A DNA stretch of 26,225 bases from a virus (Duplodnaviria; Caudoviricetes). The DNA lies in the IMG/VR virus record IMGVR_UViG_3300012942_000124, positions 1 through 26,225 of that record; one strand, written 5' to 3'. Every line of letters begins with the position of its first letter. Position 1 is the first letter of the stretch. Positions 15,414 through 22,790 of the stretch are shown here, one piece after another. Below the pieces are notes generated by a model. It did not search any database, had not been told where the DNA came from, and was given only the letters and a program-made list of their open reading frames with translations. The position numbers were made by a program, and so were the translations under genes.

Positions 15414-16328
15414 ATGGCAGTCAATCTTTCTCAAATCCGCGACCTCCTGCTTCCTGGCCTCCGCGGCGTCATCGGCAAGTATGAGCAGATTCCGGCTCGT
15501 TGGCCTCAGCTCTTTGAAAAGGGCGAGTCCAACATGGCCCTGGAACGCACAAGCATGATGCGTTTCTTGGCGCTGGCCCAGCTCAAGACCGAAGGCGGCC
15601 AGACCAAGTTCGACAATCGCGCCGGCGAGCGCTACGTCTATAACCAGGAGCACGTCGAAGTCGGACTCGGGTATTCCATCACCCGCAAGTCGATCGACGA
15701 TAACCTCTACAAGGCGCAGTTCAACCCATCCAACCTCGGCCTGAACAACTCGTTTGCCCAGACCAAGGAAATCCTCGGCGCTTCGGTTTTCAACCTCGGG
15801 AACGTCTACGATCCCTCGATCGCAGGCGATGGGCAGCCCTTATTCTCGGATGCCCATCCGATCGACGGCGGTACGTTCTCCAATACCGCTGCTGTCGCGG
15901 TCGACCTCAATGAATCGTCGCTGCTCAATGCGATGATCCAGATCCGGTCGACCTTCGTGGATCAGGCTGGCCTCAAGGTCTTCGCCCGTGGCCGCAAGCT
16001 CGCCATTCCGCCCTATCTGGAACCGGTGGCGATCCGCCTGACCAAGACGGAACTGCGGCCCGGCACCGCCGACAACGACGTCAATGCGATCCTCTCGACC
16101 GCCGGCGGCCTCCCCGACGGCTATGTGGTGAACGAGTTCTTCACCTCGCAGTATGCGTGGTTCATTCTGACCAACATCTCTGGGCTGCTCTATCTCCAGC
16201 GCATTCCCTACGAGATGGACATGACCGTCGACTTCACCACGGACAATCTGCTGGTGAAAGCCTACGAGCGCTATTCCTTCTCGTATAATGACCCGCGCGC
16301 CGCGTGGGGCACCTTCCCGACCAACTGA
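15414..16328 (+). CDS. major capsid protein (HK97 fold, Mu gpT-like)
   Basis: 304 aa; LLLPGL, KTEGG, GLGYSITR..IDDNLY, GDGQPLFSDAHP and ERYSF...DPRA.WG; strongly biased codon usage. Confidence 0.9.
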   Translation: MAVNLSQIRDLLLPGLRGVIGKYEQIPARWPQLFEKGESNMALERTSMMRFLALAQLKTEGGQTKFDNRAGERYVYNQEHVEVGLGYSITRKSIDDNLYKAQFNPSNLGLNNSFAQTKEILGASVFNLGNVYDPSIAGDGQPLFSDAHPIDGGTFSNTAAVAVDLNESSLLNAMIQIRSTFVDQAGLKVFARGRKLAIPPYLEPVAIRLTKTELRPGTADNDVNAILSTAGGLPDGYVVNEFFTSQYAWFILTNISGLLYLQRIPYEMDMTVDFTTDNLLVKAYERYSFSYNDPRAAWGTFPTN

Positions 16329-16337
16329 GGCCAGCAG

Positions 16338-16778
16338 ATGAGCGAAACAGCTTTCAGCGGGCCTCTGGCCACCTTTACGTCTGAGGTTTCCGGCGCGACC
16401 GGAAGCTACAGCGATAAGGGCTGGACGGTCATGTCGCAGCGTCTGACGCTGACGCAGGACAGCACCACGGCGGTCGATGCGACGTTCCATGTCCCGGCGA
16501 ACAGCACGTTGCTGGACATCATCGCCGACACGACCGTGGCCTGGGACAGCGCCACCTCCGCTGTCCTGACCGTGGGGCAGACTTCCGCAGGCACCGAATA
16601 TGCCAGCGAAGTGGATGTGACGTCGGCCGGACGCGTGCGCCCGACCTTTACGGCCACGCAGCTCGGCGACATGGACGACGTGGGTTCCGATGTTGCGGTT
16701 GTTGCGACCATTACGCCAACCGGCGCCACCACAGCAGGCACGACCATCGTCACCCTGCTCTATATCCAGAACCCGTAA
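16338..16778 (+). CDS. virion structural protein (Thr/Ser/Ala-rich, likely a beta-sandwich head protein)
   Basis: GAGG RBS; T.FSGP N-terminus and a C-terminal G...VT..Y.Q motif; follows the capsid gene. Confidence 0.7.
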   Translation: MSETAFSGPLATFTSEVSGATGSYSDKGWTVMSQRLTLTQDSTTAVDATFHVPANSTLLDIIADTTVAWDSATSAVLTVGQTSAGTEYASEVDVTSAGRVRPTFTATQLGDMDDVGSDVAVVATITPTGATTAGTTIVTLLYIQNP

Positions 16779-16790
16779 GGAGGGTTGATC

Positions 16791-17321
16791 ATGAAAGGTC
16801 GTAAGCAGCATCGCGCGACGGGTGGCGTCATCAACCGCACCGAGTCTCCGAGCGAGGTCTATTCGGGCGCAGGTTCCAATGTCGTCAAGGAGGCGCGCCA
16901 GCGCAAGCGCGGTGGCCGTGTCGGCAAAGAAATCGGCCACGCCGAGGGCAAGCTCGCCAAGATGAGGCTGGATCGTCCCGGCCGGAAGTCCGGCGGTCGC
17001 GTCGGGGCTGAGAAGGCTCCCCTTTCGATGGCGGCCAAGACCTCGGGCCCCGACGACGGCCCCAAGCAGATGCCGCAGGATGCGGGCTGTTATAAGCGGG
17101 GCGGCAAGGTCAAGAAAGACGGCGAAGACGAGGATGACCGAGGCGGCTCGGATCATTGGATCGCCGGCGCGGTGAAGCATCCCGGCGCGCTCCATCGGGA
17201 GCTTCATGTGCCGCAGGGCGAGAAGATTCCTGCCAAGAAGCTCGCCAAGGCCGCGCATTCCGACAATCCCAAGCTCGCCAAGCGGGCACGACTGGCGGAA
17301 ACGCTCAAGAGCCTTCACTGA
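16791..17321 (+). CDS. highly basic protein with repeated GG[RK]V motifs and a WI.GAVKHPGALH.EL...GEKIPAKKLAKAA domain
   Basis: AAGGAGG RBS at 16777-16783 favours ATG 16791; Lys/Arg-rich. Confidence 0.78.
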   Translation: MKGRKQHRATGGVINRTESPSEVYSGAGSNVVKEARQRKRGGRVGKEIGHAEGKLAKMRLDRPGRKSGGRVGAEKAPLSMAAKTSGPDDGPKQMPQDAGCYKRGGKVKKDGEDEDDRGGSDHWIAGAVKHPGALHRELHVPQGEKIPAKKLAKAAHSDNPKLAKRARLAETLKSLH

Positions 17322-17324
17322 GGC

Positions 17325-17357
17325 AAAGACGGGAGCTTCGGCTCCCGTTTCCATTTT
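17325..17357 (+). terminator. intrinsic terminator after the capsid cluster
   Basis: ACGGGAGC-TTCG-GCTCCCGT stem with a C(UUCG)G tetraloop, followed by TTCCATTTT. Confidence 0.8.
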
Positions 17358-17370
17358 GCGAGGCAAGTGA

Positions 17371-17688
17371 ATGCAGCCGATTTCCGTCACCTATGCCGCC
17401 GATGCGGCCGGCGAACAGGCCGCCATCGGCCTCGATTGGCGCACGGTGCCTTTCTCCGTGTCCTACCTTGTTTCCTTTGATGGCGAAGCGACGGGTAGCG
17501 TGACGGTCGAAACGACGCTCGATGACGCTAACGATGCCAGCATTACGCCAGTTTGGGTCGCTTCTTCCGCGATCACGGAGACAGGGCTCGCCGCTCTTGG
17601 CGCCCCAGTGCAGTTCATTCGCGTCAACATCGGTTCGCTCAGCGGCGGGATGCTGACCTTCAAGCTGCTCCAGGGCGAATATACCTGA
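17371..17688 (+). CDS. virion structural protein (105 aa)
   Basis: GAGG RBS; beta-rich pattern with V..T.DD, W, P...IR.N and L...Q. Confidence 0.7.
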   Translation: MQPISVTYAADAAGEQAAIGLDWRTVPFSVSYLVSFDGEATGSVTVETTLDDANDASITPVWVASSAITETGLAALGAPVQFIRVNIGSLSGGMLTFKLLQGEYT

Positions 17689-18386
17689 TGACTTCCTCTG
17701 GAACGCAAAGTTGGAACCCATCGAACGGCGATATCGTCATGTTCGCCTTCGGGCTTTGCGGCATTCGTCGCACCGAGTTAACCCAGCAGCACCTTACGGA
17801 CGCCAACATGGCGGCCAACATGCTCATGGGGCGTTGGAATAACGATACACCGAATCTATGGAAGGTCGAGGAGGTCGTCATCTCGCTTCAAGAGGGCATC
17901 GATACCTACGATGTCGATTCCTCGACCGTTGTGGTGCTTGACGCCTTTGTCCGCATCAATCCGGGCACAGAAGACCAGGAAGATCGCTTAGTCTGGCCGG
18001 TCAGTCGAACGGAATATGCAGCGCAGGCTGATAAGCTCACACAAGCGCCGCCGACCATTTTCTGGTATAATCGGCAGCTTTCCCCGCAAATCATCGTGTG
18101 GCCCGTCCCGCCGGCCAGCGATGTCGCCGAGTTGCATTACTGGCGTGTGGTTCGCGACGATGATTTCGGATGGGCCGGGGGCGAAACGGCGGATTTGCCG
18201 AACTGGTTCATGATGGCCTTTGCCTATGGACTGGCCGAGGTACTTGCAGACCTCTATGTGCCGGACAGAAGCGAGAGGCTCGGCCAGAAGGCTGCATCCT
18301 ATCTCGAAGAAGCGCGCACCCAGGACGTCGAGACCAGCAACACGCTGGTCATCGGGCCGGCCGTCGAGAATTATTGGGTGAGATGA
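17688..18386 (+). CDS. head-tail adaptor (P22 gp4 / tail tubular protein A-like)
   Basis: ATG 17688 overlaps the upstream TGA; MTSSGT..., W.N...NLW, SRTEY....K...P..FW, WPVP and A.AYGLA. Confidence 0.72.
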   Translation: MTSSGTQSWNPSNGDIVMFAFGLCGIRRTELTQQHLTDANMAANMLMGRWNNDTPNLWKVEEVVISLQEGIDTYDVDSSTVVVLDAFVRINPGTEDQEDRLVWPVSRTEYAAQADKLTQAPPTIFWYNRQLSPQIIVWPVPPASDVAELHYWRVVRDDDFGWAGGETADLPNWFMMAFAYGLAEVLADLYVPDRSERLGQKAASYLEEARTQDVETSNTLVIGPAVENYWVR

Positions 18387-18554
18387 AGCCGTGCTCTTCT
18401 TCAGAGGCCCGATCACAAGCGCGCTATCCTACGACCCACAAACTGGGATTTTTAGATGGGCCAACGAGTATCCGGGAATACACATGCATGGTGGGGTGAG
18501 GCGTACATGATGACCGCTCGTCGGCATTTTGGCGAATTTGCCAGGAGCGCCTAA
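18383..18554 (+). pseudogene. internally deleted, frameshifted HNH-AP2 homing endonuclease remnant
   Basis: LSYDPQTGIFRW (18424-18459) is the typical N-terminal motif and EAYMMTARRHFGEFARSA* (18498-18554) the typical AP2 C-terminus. The start codon and the two motifs lie in three different frames. Confidence 0.78.
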
Positions 18555-18919
18555 TGCCTTGGAGACCAAAGGGCCATTACAAGGTTGATGCCGGCGCGCC
18601 GACTGCGCGGGGGATCTGCGATCGTTGCGGGTTCGCCTATCAACTGTCTGAACTTACATGGCAATTTCAGTGGGCCGGTCCTCGCCTACAGAACATTCGC
18701 CTGCTCGTGTGCAAGACTTGTCTCGACGTTCCGAATCCGCAGTTGAAGCCGCGCATCCTGCCTCCTGATCCGGTGCCGCGCATGAACGCAAGGCCCGAAG
18801 ACTTGACCTATGAGAGCACGAGCTATCTGGCCACGCAGGACGGCGATCAGATCGTGACACAGGACGGCGTAAACATCATCACGCAGCCCACACTCGACAT
18901 TCCGGACGACATCGCCTGA
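18554..18919 (+). CDS. conserved virion-region protein with two CxxC pairs and TQDG repeats
   Basis: GGAG RBS; CDRCG...VCKTCLD..NPQL and a C-terminal LATQDG-IVTQDG-IITQ repeat. Confidence 0.75.
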   Translation: MPWRPKGHYKVDAGAPTARGICDRCGFAYQLSELTWQFQWAGPRLQNIRLLVCKTCLDVPNPQLKPRILPPDPVPRMNARPEDLTYESTSYLATQDGDQIVTQDGVNIITQPTLDIPDDIA

Positions 18920-18928
18920 GGTTGTGCT

Positions 18929-19630
18929 GTGGCTCTGAATTATACCTCGTATGTAGCCAGCCTCGCCAACCTCGGCGCCTATGTCCAGACGGATCAGAGC
19001 TTCGTTGCCAATCTGCCGGCGTGCATCGACTATGCAGAGCAGCGGATATATCGTGAACTTGACCTGCTCGATACTAGCATGGCGGATTATTCCACCATAC
19101 TGACGGCTGGGGTGAGACAAGCCGAGCTGGCTGACACATTCGTCGTGGTGGATGCCATCAACGTCCTGTCGCCACCTGGAACCGATCAGGCCGACGCGAC
19201 ACGTAATCCCATGACGCGAGTGTCCAAGGAAGTGCTCTTGACGCTTTGGCCGAGCACATCGGTTCAGGGCGTCCCTGAAATTTTCGCGATGCTGGATCAG
19301 TGGACGGCGCTCTTCGGGCCCGCACCCGATCAGGCCTATCAGTTGGAGGTGCTGGGAACTTACCGACCGGACCCGTTGTCGGCGAGCAACCCGAACACTT
19401 TCCTGACCGATCATCTGCCCGACCTCTTCATGGTCGCTTCGATGATCCAGCTTAGCGGCTTCATGCGCAATTTCTCGTCTTCGGGAAACGATCCTCAAAT
19501 GAGCGTCAACTGGGAATCCCAATACGAGAAGCTGCTCGCCTCGGCTCTGACCGAAGAGCAGCGCAAATTCGGTTGGGGCGCGGCATGGACGACCTACCCA
19601 GCCTCGCAATCGGCGCAGCCGCGGGCCTAG
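18929..19630 (+). CDS. second adaptor / tail tubular-type protein
   Basis: GAGG RBS and GTG start; I..AEQRIYREL, G.P..FA, GP.PD..Y and PL...N.NTFL....PDL...ASM. Confidence 0.72.
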   Translation: MALNYTSYVASLANLGAYVQTDQSFVANLPACIDYAEQRIYRELDLLDTSMADYSTILTAGVRQAELADTFVVVDAINVLSPPGTDQADATRNPMTRVSKEVLLTLWPSTSVQGVPEIFAMLDQWTALFGPAPDQAYQLEVLGTYRPDPLSASNPNTFLTDHLPDLFMVASMIQLSGFMRNFSSSGNDPQMSVNWESQYEKLLASALTEEQRKFGWGAAWTTYPASQSAQPRA

Positions 19631-19635
19631 CATAG

Positions 19636-21669
19636 ATGGCAGTTCACACGATTACGCTGGCGCCTGGGGTCAACGCCGAGGTGACGAAGGCGCTCGGACA
19701 GGCGCAGATCGTTAGCAGCCAGCTCATCCGGTTCAGGATGGCCGGCAATCAGATTTTGCCGGAAAAACTCGGCGGCTGGGCGAAATTCTATCCCATAGCG
19801 TTCGGTTCGCCTGTGCGTGCGCTGCACGCTTGGGAAGGCATCAATGCCGACACATGGCTGGCGGCAGGATGCGAGCAATCGCTGGATGTTATCCATTCCA
19901 GCACAGCATCAGACATTACGCCGCGCACATTAAGGACCAATCCGACGCCGGATTTCTCCACGACCAGCGGCAGCGATGTGGTGACCATCGTGGACGCCGG
20001 CTTTACGCCATCTGTCTACGACAGTCTGGTTCTTCTCACGCCGATTGCGGTTGGCGGCATTGTCTTACAGGGTGCATATCAGATCAGAACGGTTGTCAGC
20101 AGCTCGAGCTATACGATCGAATCTGCTACGGACGCGACCTCTACGGTGACTGACGGGGGTGATGTTCCGGTCTTTTCAACAACCTCTGGCTCGCCGCAAG
20201 TCAACGTGATGTTGACCGCGCATGGTCTTTCCGTCGGAGAAACCTTTTACGCATCAGTTCCGACAACCGTAGGGGGGATCACGATCTCGGGGGCCTATCT
20301 CGTTCAGGATGTGGCAGACGCCGATAATTTCACCATTGTGGCCTCAGTTGTGGCCGCGTCCACAGATAGCGCCTCAATGAATGGCGGCGATGCTGCAATC
20401 CAGTATTATATAGCACTCGGTCCCCAAATTACAGATGCCGGATATGGGGTGGGAACCTATGGAGAAGGCGCTTATGGGCTGGGCGTTTCGCCGACACCAA
20501 GCCAAGGATCGCCGATCACCACGACCAACTGGACGCTGGACAATTGGGGAGAAATCCTCATCGCCTGTACTGCAAACGGTCCCATTTACACATGGTCGCC
20601 GGATAGTGGGTTCACGACGGCCGTAAAGCTTCTTACTGCCCCCTCGGTCAATGGAGGTATCTTTGTCTCGAATGCTGCGCAGATACTCATCGCGTGGGCA
20701 TCATCGATCAACGATGTACAAGACCCGTTGCTGGTCCAATGGTCGGATTCCAGCGACTACACGCAGTGGCAGGCGTTGAGCACCACGCAGGCCGGTAATT
20801 TCCGCATTCCGACCGGCTCCAAGATTGTCGGGGGCAGGGCGGGGCCGCAGTTCAATCTGATCTGGACGGACATTGATGTCTGGGCGATGGACTATATCGG
20901 GTATCCCGACGTCTATGGCTTCAACAAGCTCGCCACCAATTGTGGGCTGATCGGGCGCCATGCGCATTGCACTTCCGGCGCATCCGTCTACTGGATGGGG
21001 AACAAGCAGTTCTACGCCATGACGTCTGGCTCCGTTACGCCGATCCCCTGTCCGGTCTGGGACTTCATATTCCAAGACCTCGATACTGACAATCTCGATA
21101 AAATCTGCTGCGCGTCGAATAGCGGGTTCAGCGAGGTCGCTTGGTATTTCCCGTCCAAGTCGGGCGGCACGGGCGAGATCGACTCCTACGTCAAGGTCAA
21201 TACCGGCAATGGCTTTATCTGGGATTTCGGGCGCCTTCAGCGCACCGCATGGATCGATCAATCCGTGGTCGGGCAACCTGTGGGCGCAACGGCAAACGGT
21301 ACGATCTACCAGCATGAGATTTCGCCCGATGCCGATGGACAGCCAATGGCCTCGTCTTTCGAGACGGGTGATTTCCAGATTGCCGATGGCGACGAACTTG
21401 AATTCGTGGACTGGGTCATCCCGGATTTCCGCTACGGCTATTACGCCGACGACCAGAATGCCGCCATGCAACTCATCCTGTCGTTCACGAACTACCCAGG
21501 CGCGCCGCGTTCTTCCGTAGGGCCTTACAACATGACTTCGACAACGCCTTATGTGAATACACGGTTGCGGGCAAGGTTTGTCTCGATGCTGGTGCAATCC
21601 GACGCTCTTGGATCGTTCTGGCGCCTAGGCGGCATCAAGCTCCGCGCCGCGGCTGACGGGAGACTGTGA
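19636..21669 (+). CDS. tail hub / DNA-stabilisation protein (P22 gp10 / tail tubular protein B-like)
   Basis: 677 aa; PEKLGGW, WTLDNWGEILIA, QWSD...W....T.QAG, YWMG...FY, CPVWDFIF and EV.WYFPS; precedes the ejection genes. Confidence 0.78.
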   Translation: MAVHTITLAPGVNAEVTKALGQAQIVSSQLIRFRMAGNQILPEKLGGWAKFYPIAFGSPVRALHAWEGINADTWLAAGCEQSLDVIHSSTASDITPRTLRTNPTPDFSTTSGSDVVTIVDAGFTPSVYDSLVLLTPIAVGGIVLQGAYQIRTVVSSSSYTIESATDATSTVTDGGDVPVFSTTSGSPQVNVMLTAHGLSVGETFYASVPTTVGGITISGAYLVQDVADADNFTIVASVVAASTDSASMNGGDAAIQYYIALGPQITDAGYGVGTYGEGAYGLGVSPTPSQGSPITTTNWTLDNWGEILIACTANGPIYTWSPDSGFTTAVKLLTAPSVNGGIFVSNAAQILIAWASSINDVQDPLLVQWSDSSDYTQWQALSTTQAGNFRIPTGSKIVGGRAGPQFNLIWTDIDVWAMDYIGYPDVYGFNKLATNCGLIGRHAHCTSGASVYWMGNKQFYAMTSGSVTPIPCPVWDFIFQDLDTDNLDKICCASNSGFSEVAWYFPSKSGGTGEIDSYVKVNTGNGFIWDFGRLQRTAWIDQSVVGQPVGATANGTIYQHEISPDADGQPMASSFETGDFQIADGDELEFVDWVIPDFRYGYYADDQNAAMQLILSFTNYPGAPRSSVGPYNMTSTTPYVNTRLRARFVSMLVQSDALGSFWRLGGIKLRAAADGRL

Positions 21670-21899
21670 TGGCAGGCAGTGATGCAGACGCCAGCGGCGG
21701 CGGTATAATCTCCGTTCTGCAGAACGGCGTCCGCGCCCTCAACGGCATCCTGAATACATTGACCAAGAGCTTTCCGCAGGTAACGGGGACATCCTCAAGC
21801 GCTACGGGCGGTAGCGCGGCTCTTCCTGCCAACCCAACAGGCTTCATTGTCATCGTGCTCCCGGACGGGACAAGCGCGAAGCTGCCGTACTACTCATGA
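21669..21899 (+). CDS. small tail-associated protein (needle/plug position)
   Basis: Coupled to the hub gene; N-terminal amphipathic helix and C-terminal ALPANP.GF......G...KLPYY. Confidence 0.6.
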   Translation: MAGSDADASGGGIISVLQNGVRALNGILNTLTKSFPQVTGTSSSATGGSAALPANPTGFIVIVLPDGTSAKLPYYS

Positions 21900-22291
21900 C
21901 CGACCCAATTGCAGATGCTCTTGCCTTGGCGCGGAAACCGCATACAGGGCCGATAGAACACGCCTCCGGTGGCCGTGCGGACCATGTGCCGCTGGACGTG
22001 CCGGCAGAATCGTTCGTGATCCCGGCCGACGTCGTTTCCGGCCTCGGGGAAGGCAACACGGCCAATGGCATGGCAATCCTCACCCGCATGTTCGGCAAGG
22101 AGGAAGCGCGTCCAGAACCCGGCGTTCCGATTATGGCGGCGGGGGGCGAGTTCGTCATCGGGCCGGATGCGGTAAAGAGGGTAGGGGGCGGCGATATGAA
22201 AAGGGGACACTCCATCCTCTCGGCCTTCGTCAAGCACGCCCGTGCCGAAACGGTGAAGACCATGCGGAAACTCAAAGGGCCGCACCGGTAA
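21896..22291 (+). CDS. stand-alone protein made of two tandem [GE][ES]FVI-x-x-D-x-V...G.G....G..IL modules
   Basis: ESFVIPADVVSGLGEGNTANGMAIL and GEFVIGPDAVKRVGGGDMKRGHSIL; ATGA overlap. Confidence 0.75.
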   Translation: MTDPIADALALARKPHTGPIEHASGGRADHVPLDVPAESFVIPADVVSGLGEGNTANGMAILTRMFGKEEARPEPGVPIMAAGGEFVIGPDAVKRVGGGDMKRGHSILSAFVKHARAETVKTMRKLKGPHR

Positions 22292-22301
22292 GGGAACTTC
22301 C

Positions 22302-22790
22302 ATGTCCGATATCGCAGTCAGGATCGCCACGCCGGAAGACGTGGACGGTCTGATAGAGCATTGCCGCCTGTTGCATGGCGAGAATGGCCTTTTCGGTCTT
22401 TCGGATCGCAAGGTGGCCTATCTGCTCGACAAGGGCTTTCGGCAGGAAGGCGCTATCATCGGGGTGATCGGGGACGAAGGTTCTCCGAAAGCGAGCATCT
22501 ATCTCAGCGTGGAGCAACCCTACTACTCTGAGGACTGGCATCTGATGGAACTATGGAACTTCGTGATGCCGCCGCGAGCCCATCGGGCGGGACACGCCAA
22601 GAGGCTGATCGAGTTCGCAAAATACTGCTCTGATGAGATGCAGTTGCCGCTCGTCATCGGCATCCTGAGCAATCAGCGCGTCGAAGCCAAGGTTCGGCTT
22701 TACGAACGCCAGCTTGAAAAGGCCGGCGTTTTCTTCGTCCACAACCGGAATTGCGCGTCCGGAACCGCATGGTCAAGGGCTGAAAACTGA
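22302..22790 (+). CDS. GNAT-fold acetyltransferase-like protein
   Basis: VRIAT.EDV..L N-terminus and E.W.FV.P...RAG.AKRLIEFAK acetyl-CoA-binding-like motif; directly before the ejection proteins. Confidence 0.72.
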   Translation: MSDIAVRIATPEDVDGLIEHCRLLHGENGLFGLSDRKVAYLLDKGFRQEGAIIGVIGDEGSPKASIYLSVEQPYYSEDWHLMELWNFVMPPRAHRAGHAKRLIEFAKYCSDEMQLPLVIGILSNQRVEAKVRLYERQLEKAGVFFVHNRNCASGTAWSRAEN

